NCBI GenBank assembly: GCA_001687465.1
Contig: LVLI01000593.1
Coordinates: forward strand, 1-64,000
Reading direction: 5' to 3'
Source of the DNA: Halocafeteria seosinensis
Lineage: Eukaryota
DNA: 64,000 nt
Shown: positions 11,386 to 24,324 of the stretch, piece by piece
How the letters are laid out: the number at the start of each line of letters is the position of its first letter
Position numbering within the stretch: position 1 is the stretch's first letter
The notes under the pieces: generated by a model
Database searches by the model: none
Seen by the model: the letters and a program-made list of their open reading frames with translations, nothing else
What the model was told of the DNA's origin: nothing
Translations under genes and position numbers: made by a program

Positions 11386-12427
11386 ATGTCGAGTGTTTTA
11401 GTGACCGGCGCCAACCGAGGCATTGGTCTGGAGATAGTCAAGCGTTTCCAGCAGCGGGGCGATAGAGTCTTCGCTGCTGTGCGCTCAGCTAGCGGTGTAC
11501 GTGGGAGTTCATTTGCCGTGTGTGTGGAATGTTCGACATGATCCATGGGTGGAATTGGGTGTTCTACAGGATCTCACGGGATTAGGCGTCCATAAGGTCA
11601 TTGAGGGAGTCGATGTGAGCACCAAGGATGGCGTGAATAAGCTGGTTCAAAGTGTGGATGGAAGCAAACTCGACATTGTGGTTAACAATGCGGGTACGTA
11701 CCATTGGATCATTGGAGTTGTTGATTGGTTGATATCATATGCATATTTGCATCCAGGAATCCTTCGCCGTGACAATTTGGAAGAATTGGACTTTGATGTT
11801 ATTTCGGTAGGTTGGATAGAAGAAGTTAATTCCGATGTAGTTTTCCACATCTATAGGATTCGGTTCTCCGAACTCCTTGCAGAATGAATTTGAAGTCAAC
11901 GCTGTGGGACCACTACGAGTCACAAAAGCGCTCGTCGATGCCGGTAACATAAATGACGGTGCCAAGTTGATATTCATGAGTTCTCGTGTTGGAAGCGTCG
12001 AGGATAATGGTTCCGGTAAGAACCCGAGTTAAGCGAGTTAAGGGGGTTCCGAGTGACTGTGGACTAAGTATTGTGTTCTGTGGTTTCGTTGCTCAGGCAA
12101 AAACTATGGTTACCGGATGAGCAAAATTGCATTGAATATGGCCGTAAAGAACCTATCACTCGAATTGGCACCTCGTAACATCATTTGTGGATTACTACAT
12201 CCTGGTATGGTGAAAACAGGTACGTATAGCCGATAGCGTGGACGTTTGGGCTAATCGCAATTGCATACTCGTCATAATATCGTTTACACCCAGATATGAC
12301 TAACCACAATGGCATCCCCGTTGAAGAAGCTGTCGATGGCATCATGAAGCGAATTGACTCCTACAGTAAAGATGACGTTGGAAAGTTGCAATTCTTGCAT
12401 CAGAATGGTGAAGTATTGCCGTGGTAA
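11386..12427 (+). CDS. Short-chain dehydrogenase/reductase (C-factor/CsgA-like), 6 exons
   Basis: VLVTGANRGIG, NNAG, SSRVGS, catalytic YRMSK, HPGMVKT and C-terminal LPW*, assembled across five GT-AG introns. Confidence 0.92.
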
Positions 12428-12880
12428 AACTATCCATCCGCTGAAAGTAGGACATAGCATTCAATATCAGATTCTGAATATTTTTATTAGTTAGCAGCTC
12501 TCATAGTTACCGATTGTCGACGTTTCATAATCGCTTGGATTTCGTACTCGTGGCTTCCACGTGTACAGTTGGTAGCTGCTTGTGCCTCGTATATATAGAG
12601 CTTTTCCATCACTCCTTGTCGACCTGGGTCTCGCACTTTATTCCAGAGGTATTTCTGGTAAAAGTTACTTCGTTACTTCCGGGTACCACTAGTTATAAAG
12701 GTATAACCCCTTTTAACACTCCCGCACTTACACAGTACATCCTAGCGAGCCAAGTGTCATCCACCAGTTGTATGAGTTCACATGGGTTTGATGGGCCAAA
12801 TTTTCCTTGTATTTAGTTTGAGTTGTGTTTGAGAAGCAACAAAGTGAATAGTTGGTCGTATTACCCAGGCTTCCACGTCC

Positions 12881-15786
12881 ATGTTTCTCGCTTTCACGCT
12901 CGTTTTAGCATGTTTTGCACCCTGTACGAGCGCAATAGAGCCTTATCCCTATGAGCCAAAGGCGAATGAAGCTGCTGTGGTGGTTGTAGGTACGTCAAGT
13001 GCTTGGTATAGCGTGTTGTAGAGCCGGACGGGAGGCGCCTTTTCTTTGCAGGAGACGCACGATTCACTATTCTTACGGACCGCCTGATTCGCATCGAATA
13101 CAAACGCGGTTCCAACTTTGAAGACCGTCCGAGCATTGCCGTGCTGAATCGGAAGACCGAGGTGCCGTCATTCACGACATCAACCTTTGGACGGACCACC
13201 ACCATTGACACTGAATTCCTGAGATTGAATTATACTCGGCCTTCCCGTGCCGAAGGCGAATTCCAAGGGTTCACACGCGATAATTTGATCATCACCACGC
13301 GCGATGGTTCGGCACTTTACCCGCCACGGTCTCGAGATCCCAGAAAAGCCAAGTCATTCACTTGGAGATTTGGAGACGTTGATTCCGGTAACTTGTTGGG
13401 AACTGTTCGATCACTGGATGATCTGCAATATATCAACCTGAATTGCTCTGTAATCGAGAGCCTCAAGATCCACAATGAATCGCTGCATTGTGAATATGGC
13501 CTTGTATCGTCATTGGGATGGGCTGTCTACAATGACAGTGGAAGTCCACTCTTGGAAAACGATTGGCCAGTGAACGATATGAGCAATGACGAAGTCGATT
13601 TATACTTCTTTGGATATGGACTTGACTTTCGAAGTGCACTCAAAGCCTATACGCTAATCGGTGGAAAGGTTCCAATGCTCCCAAGGTGAGTTTGCAACGC
13701 TACGGTGTAAGTTGTGTTCAAAGCAATGTATTCGAACCATAACGTTTTGCTCAGATACGGACTTGGAGTAATGTGGAGTAGATGGTATGACATGGATGCT
13801 TGGCTCACAAAGCAAATCATAGAAGACTATAGAACTCGCGGTATACCTCTGGATATCTATGTGACGGACATGAACTGGCATTTGGAAGGATGGACCGGGT
13901 ATACGTTCAACAAGAGAATCATTCCGTTTCCAAACGACACGTTTGGCTGGATCCATAAACAAGGGATTAAGGTCGCCGCCAATCTCCACGACGCATCGGG
14001 CGTTCAAAACTTTGAAGAATGCTACGAAGAAATGGCCCGAGCAAATGGCATTGATCCCTCTACTGGCAATACCGTTAAGGCAAACTTCACCGATAAGACG
14101 TATATGCATTCCCTGGATGATATTTGCTGGAAGCGACTTCCTTTTGATATCCCATGGATTGATTGGCAGCAAGGTGGTGAGACGGGCGTGTACATTCGCA
14201 ATGTCAATCCCACGATTTGGCTTAACCATGCTAGATCAACAAATAATCTTCGATGGGGAAGAAACGAAAGAAGCATGATTCTTGCTCGCTTTGGTGGCAT
14301 GGGGAATCATAGGTACCAGGCAGGATTTAGTGGAGATGTAATTCATACATGGGATGCGCTTGCCTTTCAACCGTATTTCACCTCCACCGCCTCCAACGTT
14401 TTATACGGATACTGGAGTCATGACATCCTTGGCCGAGCTCACGACTATGAAATGTTCACCCGCGCTATCCAATGGGGAAGCTTGTCTCCACTCTTCAGGA
14501 CCCATGATGCTGGAATGGCAGAAGGAGGATGTGCCCTTGTGGGCATATGCTCCATAGTTGAGATTTGGAACCAACCCAAAGAGTTCTTCGAAATATCGCG
14601 GGCAGCACTTGCGGATCGCCAGCGGTTGCTACCATACCTCTATACTTTAAATCGTGAACTGTATGATGACGGGGTGAGTCCTATTCGACCAATGTATTAC
14701 GACTGGCCTTTGGAAGCCGCAGCATACAGTGACCGAGTGATGAAGAAGGAGTACATGCTTGGAGATGACATGCTCGTGGCTCCTATTACCTCCCCAATGA
14801 ACACCTCCAATAAGCTATCAAATTGGTCCGTATGGCTGCCCCCGGGAACTTGGTTTGACCGAGTACGGGGGAAAATGGTCGACTCATCCACTCTGCGAAA
14901 TGGTAACTACACCCAGCTATACGATTTATCGGAAATCCCCATCTTTGTGAAGGCTGGCTCCGTTATTCCTCAGATAACGTACAACCCTGATGACGTATTG
15001 GGTGTTGCCAAAAGGAACTACCAAACACTCCATTTTGATGTGTATCCCGGCTCGGGACAAGGATCTCGAATGGTCTATGAAGACGATGGAGAAAGTTTGG
15101 ACTACATGAATGGGTCGTATGCTTGGACTACGTTTCAATACCGTACGAGCGGAAATCAGATGTTGGTTAACATTTCTACTAAAGGCTTTTACAAGGGAAT
15201 GCCTTCCAGTCGTGACTATAGTATCAGGTTGATCTCGTCTGTGCCTCCTTCAAGTGTCACGGTGAATGGCAGGAGCATCGGTTTCAGCATCTTTGGCGAA
15301 GCGAACAGTTGGTACTACGACGGGCAGTGGGTTGGACCAATTGTGCATGTGAGCAACGTGCAAACGTCCGCCTCGCTGAGCATTGTTATGTCGTTCCCTT
15401 CGGGATCGTCCACCACTAGTGTGGATTCCGTTAGAGGTCTCATTGGACGCTCTTGGTTGTCCAAGATTCGGCTGGACCATGCTATTGTTAGCGGCTACAT
15501 GGTAAGGCGCAAGACTCGCCAAAACGCTATCTTGATTGATTAAAAAAATATTTTTGTTTGCTCTGTTGTTTGATGGACGCAGAAGAAGTCAGGTCAGTCG
15601 TTGCAGGAAGCCTCATCTACAGGGGCTGCCCTAGAACACCTCGCTGGAAGTGACATACAGCAGTTTGCTAAAGCTGTTAACAAGCTTCCCGACCTTGTGA
15701 AAGCAGCCGTTGAAGAAGTGAGAAAACTGTGGCCTCTTGATCCAAGCAACCAGCAAAATGCCATCGAACTCCTCACTTCTGCGTAA
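12881..15786 (+). CDS. Secreted glycoside hydrolase family 31 (alpha-glucosidase/xylosidase-like) with C-terminal DUF5110-like region
   Basis: Signal peptide MFLAFTLVLACFAPCTSA; ARFTILTDRLIRIEY; PLDIYVTDMNWH; WIDWQQG nucleophile; FSGD acid/base; WSHDI, FRTH, YEDDG; three introns. Confidence 0.93.
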
Positions 15787-15792
15787 CTACCC

Positions 15793-18033
15793 TTAGCGCT
15801 TGCGCAGCACCTCCATCGCCGCATTTCTTCCTGGGGCACCCATCACTCCTCCACCTGGATGTGCTCCTGCTCCGCATAGGAACAAGTTATCTACAGGGAA
15901 TCTATAGCGAGCATAACCAGGAATTGGTCTGGCCCAGAACAGTTGATCAAGACCCATTGCCAAGTGAAAAATATTGCCTCTGCAAATACAGTCGTGGTCA
16001 GCATGGCTCGCCTCGTTGATTTATCGGTGCGGCACACTCACTTGGGGATTCCAAACGTTGCTTCTAGATCGGGTGGAAACAGAGCCTCGTAATCGATTAT
16101 GCTCGATTTGAAACCGGGGGCATACTCCTCTATGACATCAAAGACTCGTGATACGAATTTGTCTTTGACTTCTCTAGTCCACCCTTCTTTGTCCTGCGGT
16201 TCATTCAAAGATGTAGCAGTAGCCTATCGTTATCATATGCTTTACTATAATACATACTTTGAGGGTATACGGAGTATACTGAACAAAGAGCTGCACTACA
16301 TGCTTTCCCTCTGGCGCTATTGAGTTATCTAAACTGCTTGGAATGGTCATCTCAATAATTGGACGTTCAGACGGCTTCCCTTGTGTAGCGTCCAAGTAAG
16401 CATCATGGAGCTGTCCCATATCCTGCTCGAAATGAATGGTCGCTCTGTGATGAGGCATTGGTGTCTTGCTATCCTTATTAGGGGAGCACTTAAAGTTCGG
16501 CAGAGATTCTACAGCAATATTAATTTTTGTAGAGGCTCCCTCACAATCCACATTCTCGAACAAGGCTTGATCCTCTTGACCAAAGCACGACTTGGGGAGC
16601 ATTGTTTGAAGTGCTTGCGGGCTTGCGCCGCAAAGAACCCTCTCGGTATCGATTTCCGTTCCATCCTCTAGAGTAATTCCCGTTATTTGTTCTCGTTGTC
16701 CTACAGCTTTGGTGTTTATATTCTTCACCGCTGCATTAGTTAGCAACGTAGCACCCGCTTCTTCCGCAGAGGCTGCAATCGAAGCGCTTACTCCTCCCAT
16801 TCCACCACGAACATAACCCCATGCTCCTTTCTCCCCATCAATTTCTCCCATTACTGCACATTTGAATTGAAAAGTGTAAATGTACATCTTGTCTTACGCC
16901 CACACATCCACCACTTACCGTGATGAAGAAGAACGTAAGCGGATTGTGGGCTGTACGGAGAAGTCATTGCTCCAATAATGCTATCCGTCGCTAGAGTTGC
17001 TTTGAGAACATCACCCTCTGTACCCAGTGAAAAAGAGTAAAAACCTAATGAACCAGCATTTTACGTAAAAGTCTAGCACTTACCAAACTTTTGGTTCAGT
17101 ATCTTGGCGGCTGGAGCAGTAAGGAGATCGTAGAAATCCGCGATGTTGTATCCTAAAGAACCAATCGAAGTCGTGAAGGCCATAAAATCTTGAAAGTTAC
17201 GTTTTCGTTCTTTCCAAGAGATTTGGTTGTCAAATAGACCTTTCAAGTCGGGAGGACTCTGCAGTACCTAAGAGGTGGCATAGGAACGCAATATCTGAAC
17301 CGCTTCGCCGAGCCACCTACCCGATCAAGAAGTGGCGAGAACTTATCCACAATATTTTCAAGCAAATTATTGTACTTGGGCCACATCTCAGCATCCTGAT
17401 GGGAGAATTGAGCTGCAACGACGATTCCTCAATTTAATGCGGTGACCAGGAATTTGAAACTCTTGGAAATTTCAACTTATGCTGCGGCACGTACCTATTG
17501 AATCTTGGGTATCTTTCAAACTATCACTGAGGAGTAAACTTTTCCCTCCCATAGTGGGAGTGAATGAAGACGGATCTCGTGTGTACACTGCATCAGTCAC
17601 AAGAAGCGACTTCCTTCCAAATTTTTAGAGAGGAAGAGTAAAGCAGCACGTTGCGTACCTTCAAGCCCGTGCTCTTTAAGTTTCAAGTCCTTGACAATTT
17701 GGGGTCGAAATAAGCTATACACGTAGCTTCCCCGTGAGAACTGAAAACCGGGAACGATCTCTTCGGTAACCGCAGCACCTCCTGTAAATGCCGCGAAAAC
17801 TTTGAAAAAACACGCACAAAACCCTCCCTAACGACGCACTTACCGAGGATGTGGCGCCGTTCACATACCAGCACTTTCATGCCCGATTGCGCCAAATAGG
17901 CAGCTGACACGAGCCCATTATGACCCCCGCCGACAATAACGGCGTCCCATTTCACCTTGGACGCCTGGGCCAAACTCTCCCGCTGCCGTAAAGGCTGCAA
18001 GCGCTGCAGTAGCTGCTTGGAGGATTGCTTCAT
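15793..18033 (-). CDS. PYROXD2: Pyridine nucleotide-disulfide oxidoreductase domain protein 2 (phytoene desaturase-like FAD oxidoreductase), multi-exon
   Basis: [19 protein letters not shown]...[57 protein letters not shown] and C-terminal [16 protein letters not shown]. Confidence 0.92.
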
Positions 18034-18300
18034 GTCTATATTCACACCCCATAAAAAAAAGGACGGAATGAGTCAAGCCAAGTCAACAACAATACGCACG
18101 GCTTCTTGAGAAATGATGAGTGAGTCAACACAAAATCGAAAGACACCGTTGGGACGGGGTTATTGCCGACGCGACCCGAGCTAGGACGTGACGGTGGACG
18201 TGATAGAGCGAAGTAGGTTGTGACTATTTTATACAGTCTGCCACATGTGGACGACGCTCAAAACATGCAATTGAACTAATACTACCAAAGCTTGTAGTGC

Positions 18301-19992
18301 CTATTCTTGTCGCTGCCGCTTGCATTCCCTGCAATTGTCATCGTCACAATGCTTTTCCTGTTCAAGACGGTGGCACTGAGGAGCACCTTCTTGGCGGCCC
18401 CGAAAGGAGATCGCTGTTCTTCCATACCGCCGGCTCATTTCTTCAGACTGGAGCATTTGATGGGCAAGCTTGCGCACGATGTCAGATTCTGACAAGGTAT
18501 CTGGTGTAGGAAAATTGTGAGCTGGGACGACAGTGCTCGTCGAGTGTTCAGGAGGCAGAATACGGTATTCTATCATGCGAGGGGATCCAGTGGGCAAATA
18601 TGATATCGAAATCCGAGCAAACGAAGACCCGAGAGACAGGCCTCCATCGTTTGCCACGCCAATGAAACGAAGAGGCATTTCTATTTTCTTCTTCCTTTCG
18701 AGAAGTGCTCGGATCAAGGTTTCGGAGAACCTTGCCGTGTCCTCTTCTGCCCACAACTTTGTCGGGCCTTGTACAGCAAACGCGTATCTCAAGTTACTCT
18801 TCTCTACATTGAGCAACCTCAAGGCCGCGTCATTAACGAATATATGAGTCAAAAAAGAGTTGAATGGGTCAAAGAACGCCACCATACTCGCAACCGGATC
18901 GTTCTGCAGCCGTAATATGTCATCTACTTCATGAGCGAACACAGGCACATGGTACGACCGCGAAAACTCATACGGAACGAGCATTAGCGGATTTGTGTAC
19001 AACTGATGGAACAACTTCATCTCCTCTGATTCGCATTCGCCCCCCTTATTTGAGCTTTCTCTCGGTTCTCTCTGCTTGAGTTCCTTCTCGTGGCCAAGCA
19101 TCGACTCCACCGTTTCCTGGTATTCTTCTTCCCATGTCCCTGGAAGCGGTTTCATTGTCCACTCACTATCGAGTAGTTGGGAACGAAACGCGCTTTTTAT
19201 TTCCTCATCCGGATGTGGCTCACGAGCAAGAACAGCAAGGAGCCCTCTGTAGCCTTTCAGGCTGTCGGGAACAGGGGGGAATATCATGAAATTTTCAGTT
19301 GCTATTTCTTGATACCGAAGTGCATGATAACCTTGCGTGCAAGTCGTTCCCCCTTCTTTACTATGCACAGCAGCATGTTGTTCGCGATTCTGGGTACCAG
19401 AACTCGATGATGATGCTTCGCTGGCTGGTAGATGGGATTCTGCATCCGGTTGGTCGTCCTCGTCAATGTCACAGCAGCATGGGTGGAGCAGATGGTGGTC
19501 TAAAACCCTATCTGTACCTTCAGACACTGCAACACTGTCTTCATCGCTTGATAAAGAAGTGCATGATGACCCACCAACGGCATGATTATCTGAAACGGGA
19601 TCCGTGGCTGACGTTCTCCGTGTCGTTTTGCTCTTCCTACTACTTGATGCATGGGCAGAAGATGACGAAGACGGCGATGAGGATGATTTAGAAGCACTGG
19701 TTGAAGCAAAAGAGACGCATTTCTCCTTAGTACAGGCTCCTCCGCTGCCATTCTGCGAGGATGCTGCCATGTTGGACCAAGAATTGCGTTTTCTAGAGGG
19801 CCTTTCAGCCTCGCAATGGTGCTCCATATGCGTCGTATAACGCTCCTGGACCGAATGCGAGTCTATGGACGAGCTAGAGGACTCTGTAGAGGCCTCATAA
19901 GAGCCGTAGCCAGCGTTTATCGCCCCCAACCGGGCGCTTTTGCGAGCCGAATTCGACCCAAATGGTACTTTTTTCTCCTCAACGGGGTCCAT
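18301..19992 (-). CDS. Hypothetical protein with Ser-rich disordered N-terminus and possible C-terminal PAS-like domain
   Basis: 563-aa ORF; the segment IFVNDAALRLLNVEKSNL...KLWAEEDTARF resembles a PAS core. Confidence 0.7.
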   Translation of the reverse strand: MDPVEEKKVPFGSNSARKSARLGAINAGYGSYEASTESSSSSIDSHSVQERYTTHMEHHCEAERPSRKRNSWSNMAASSQNGSGGACTKEKCVSFASTSASKSSSSPSSSSSAHASSSRKSKTTRRTSATDPVSDNHAVGGSSCTSLSSDEDSVAVSEGTDRVLDHHLLHPCCCDIDEDDQPDAESHLPASEASSSSSGTQNREQHAAVHSKEGGTTCTQGYHALRYQEIATENFMIFPPVPDSLKGYRGLLAVLAREPHPDEEIKSAFRSQLLDSEWTMKPLPGTWEEEYQETVESMLGHEKELKQREPRESSNKGGECESEEMKLFHQLYTNPLMLVPYEFSRSYHVPVFAHEVDDILRLQNDPVASMVAFFDPFNSFLTHIFVNDAALRLLNVEKSNLRYAFAVQGPTKLWAEEDTARFSETLIRALLERKKKIEMPLRFIGVANDGGLSLGSSFARISISYLPTGSPRMIEYRILPPEHSTSTVVPAHNFPTPDTLSESDIVRKLAHQMLQSEEMSRRYGRTAISFRGRQEGAPQCHRLEQEKHCDDDNCRECKRQRQE

Positions 19993-21107
19993 TTTATGTG
20001 TATATCATTCATCCCCAACGCAATTCACCTGAACAAATCTGAGTGAAACTTCATTATCCGGATTCGTAAATATCAGGGCCATACCATTGGTAGTTTCAGG
20101 TGGTCAAAGGCTGGACTGTATCGACCTTTTTTGCTTCTCTTCAGATCCCCTGGAAATTTGTCCCTCTCTGACGTCACAGTTGCCACGGAGTATCGTTGTT
20201 CCGGATTACCGGCGGGATCCCGGAGTTCGGCCTATTCTGTTCTGGATGGATGAGAGAGCGAGAGAGGAAGTGTTCGGTTTGGTCAGAGCAATGTACGCGC
20301 CTTGTCAGCCCAGCGAAGCGACGTCCATGTCGGTGATGGTGTGGAAGGCAGGCGAAGTGGAAGTGACCATCCATTCCAGCCGAGTCGTGGTGGCCATGGC
20401 TAGATGTTAGTGGGGACAAATGCGATTTGTTTCTACATACGTTCAAATTGAATTGGATCAGAAGCCTCACACGCAGCGATCCAGCATTCCTTAATCACAG
20501 CAAAGGGCAAAAAACAAACAAAAAACAAACAAAAAAAACTGCACGTGTGCACGTGCATCCAGTGCATCTGCGTGTGTGCCCGTGTAGCGTGAATCGTTCT
20601 TGCGGCAGTGTTAGGTATTCGGCGCCATAATCATCTCAACTTTTCCTTCTATAACTTTACGTTTTTAATCAAACCACGGGAGAATCGGTTGAACCTGAAA
20701 TGGTGGTGGATTTGAGTACCACAGCCACGGACAAGCCCAGATAAATGTAACGTGTCACCGAAGCCGAATGTTGGACGATGTCAGGGGATGATCCACCAAC
20801 CCCATACGATACCATGCCGGTAAAAGAAAGGACCGAGTAGTGTGACTCACGACGTCAACTGACAGACTGTCAAGGACGGTGACCCTTCAAAGCTTGAAGT
20901 TCGAACGCTAGTGGCTGCCTAAGTGGCACCACCTAGGTCCACCTGTGCCTCCTGTCCGAACGTACATTGTCGTACATGCGATTTACACAGTTCCAGTATT
21001 GTGACTAGAAGGTACGAACGGTAATATACTCTTACACGGTGATACTGTCAGACGCTCCATAAGCCAAAAAAGTCATTGCATACCATTGGTATCCGGGTAG
21101 TGTAGGG

Positions 21108-22513
21108 ATGGCTCGAAATCACGAGGAACTGGTCGGTGAGGAGGCGACCGTTGAGACATTCCCGATTGATGAGGCAAGAGATGTAAAATCCAGTTTGTTT
21201 GAGGCCATTCCAAATCCGTATAAATATGCGCTTTACGACAAGGGATGTAAAGCAACCGTTGCCTTTTTTCTGAGGTTTTTGTTGGCGGCTGCTGCAGGAG
21301 GGGCATGTATCTGGCTAAACCAGGTGGCCATCAGCAGCTTCGCAACTCCAGGCACTCCCGCTGCCCCGTGCTATACTCGAGCTGCGATTGAACTAGATTG
21401 GCCAGATTCGCTAGATTCGCTGATTGAATTCCTTCATTTGTATACTTTTCTATGTTCGTATGTGATGACACGCGGCTATTCCCAAGCAAGCAAAACACTA
21501 CTGATGATGGTTGTACTCTGTACGGCTACAACGGCACGCCGTAAGACCAATTGCATTGTTTAAGTAACTGAAGGGTTCTTCCGATAGCAGATTGCCCTGT
21601 TGCAGGTTCTTTATCAATTCGACGAAGGAAGTCTACTTTTTCAATTTGGGCTCAGGAAGAGACCCATATGCTGTTGATGTGCCACCAGAAAAGGTTTCAA
21701 TTGACTGCCTCCGAAACAGTACAGATTTTGATCCTGAAGAAAGGATAGAAGACATAAAAGGGTCTGATGCTTGCGGGTTGGAACCGTGGACACCAGACGG
21801 GACAGTCTACTCCCTCATCCTTGTTCCGTTGTTAGTCTGGTTCGTGGCTACTTTTCTTGATTTGGTGTACGAATCCGCCCTGCTCGTTACGATATATAGC
21901 AAAAGTTATATGGGAGCAGGTGCGGGAGAACTCTGCCTTATGGTACAAGGGTGGGAAGGCTCATCTAATTCCATACCGTCTCTCGTTTCCGCGTTGCGCA
22001 TGTTAGCCTCTACCCGAATCCTGTTGCCACTCGGTTCCTTTGCGGTTGTTTCCGGTTGTAGCGACTTCTCGACACTACAAGGTAATCCTGTTGTGTAAGT
22101 ATCATGGAAATTATGGTATGCACTGTGGGCCCTTTCTTATTGTATGACACTACAGGTTGGCTTTTGTGTTCTTGGTATGGAGCTTCATACCGCTCGTTTT
22201 CGTAAGCCTACTACTTAAGTATGTATCGTGTGGTCGTTATGGAGCCACGCACACTCTAATTGAACGGTCTTCAAGGATATGTGCCGCCCTATCATTGCCG
22301 TTGTATTTGTCTTACGTCCTCGGTGACCTGGCATATGTTACATCTTTCTTTACTGTAAGCTCTGTTGACAGTATTGGGAAGATAAGCTTCTCTGCAGATA
22401 GACTAAACTTGGCTCGACTTGTGCTGGTGGTCTCTGCGACAATTTTGTTTGTTTGGGATGGAATAGAGGACTTGGAATCTTTTGTAAGGCGTTGTAAAAA
22501 CAAAAAGCACTAG
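21108..22513 (+). CDS. Hypothetical multi-pass membrane protein, spliced
   Basis: Three consecutive same-strand ORFs with several hydrophobic helices and a Cys-containing loop with N-glycosylation sequons, separated by GT-AG introns; exact junctions uncertain. Confidence 0.7.
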
Positions 22514-22710
22514 CACAACACGCTCGGACCAAACTTTGAAGCGGATATGCTGAGACTCTTGAGTCAATTGACCAGATTTTTAGCAGTGGGAGCGTTGAGC
22601 ATGGTCACCAGATGTAGCCGCAGGCACGTCCCCTGCATGGTGTGTACATTTTGGATTTTGTGTACCATCCGTTCGAGTGCATCAAGAACGTCCGGCTGAT
22701 GTTTTTCGGT

Positions 22711-22750
22711 GACACACACACACACACCCACACACACACACACACGCACA
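22711..22750. repeat. (CA)n microsatellite
   Basis: gacacacacacacacacccacacacacacacacacgcaca. Confidence 0.9.
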
Positions 22751-23031
22751 AAACAAGCGAAGGAAGAATATAAAAGGCTACACACAGAATTATGGGTAAC
22801 CAAAAATAACGTTCACTGACTTCCCAGTTTCCAACAAACGTAAAATCTGAACATACACAGAGGTCGTCATATCCATCAGCAACTACACACAAGCGTAGCA
22901 GAAGTTGTTGGAAACCAAATGACTTCCGCACTTACCTCGAGGTTCCGTAGTTGAAGTAGGGGCTTCACAGATGTTTTACACCCATACTATTGTATTGCAA
23001 GGAATTACGTCCACCCTGACTTTCTTCGAAT

Positions 23032-24244
23032 ATGGCAGCGACGTCGACTGCTGCGGCTGCCGCCGCTGCTGCTGCTGACAAGGAGGAGGAAGCAGCAGAA
23101 AGCGATGACTCTCGAGGACCAGAGAGCAAGCGCCATCAGGGACTTAAGAAGCCGTTATGGGAGATTGCCGGTATTACAGAGGAAGATATCAGTGGCTGGG
23201 AGAAGCTCTCCAGGTCTCAGTTGAGGAAACGCATGCGCACGGAAGCACGTCGAAAACTGTATGACCTGGAAAAGAAATCAGCACGAATACACCGCCAGCA
23301 ACAACCGGAATTCAAAGGAGATGAAGCTTCCCAGATAAGTATGTGTTTCCAAGAAACGACGCTTTAGCTGATCTCCATTGACTTAAACTCCTCCCGAGTG
23401 CAGCTAAACGAAGGAGAGAGCTTCGACGCCAAGGGTCTGAGAAATTCAGCCAACTCGCTGAGAAAGGCCCTCGATTCATTATTGATTGTGACTTCCATGA
23501 ATACATGACTGACCGGGAACGAAGAAGCATGTATCAACAACTCGCTCTCAGTTATAACGCTAACAAGTATCCCACTGTAGCTCAGCTGCAAACGGAGAAG
23601 GAGGAGCCATCGAAACTTGATCGAGATTTGTACAACCGTGAGCACCACCTTAATGCTACACCAGCGAAGTAAGGCTTGTCTTGCCTAGCGTTGTCGTACT
23701 GACACACGTGTGCACGCGTGAGGATTTGACTCTACAGGTTGATATTTACAGGACTTTCACAAGAGGCTATGGATAGCCTGAAACAGAAAGGTGCAAACGG
23801 TTGGGAAGGTGTATATTGGAGCAGACAAACATTAGAGGACTACATGGAGACGGAGAAAATTCCGAAGGCCACTGCGGTATATCTCACTGCTGACGCGCCT
23901 GATACAGCAGAATATAAACTTGAAAGTGTAAATACTTCAAGAGTATATATCATCGGCGGCATTATCGATAGAAATAGGTATAAAGGGCTTACGCTCAAGA
24001 AGGCTCAGTCGTTAGGGATACCAACAGCAAAACTCCCGATTAATGATAGCGTAAGGCTAATTGGGTCTCCCAGTTTGACAACGAATCATGGTAAGTCCAA
24101 CCGGTTTAAGTAGATCGCGGTTCTTTCGACGTTGGCAGCGCCATCTAATGTGCAGTTGTTAGTATCCTCGTCAATCGTTTCGGAGGAGCTACCTGGAAGG
24201 AGGCACTGGTTCATGTGCTTCCTTCCCGCCGTGTTAGATCATGA
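23032..24244 (+). CDS. TRM10: tRNA (guanine-9-N1)-methyltransferase Trm10, 4 exons
   Basis: RFIIDCDFHEYMTDRERRSMYQQL, YLTADA, YIIGGIIDRNRYKGLT, TAKLPI, LTTNHVVSIL, W.EAL..VLP.R. Confidence 0.93.
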
Positions 24245-24324
24245 GTTCACCCTCTCTCCTTGGAAGGCTTGATTGCGATATTAATGGATGCTAGGGGTCC
24301 TTCTAATAAATTTCACGCGCTACG

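Noticed and set aside
20510..20560. A-rich tract plus tandem CACGTG E-boxes
   Set aside because: Plausible promoter sequence but a single low-complexity instance.
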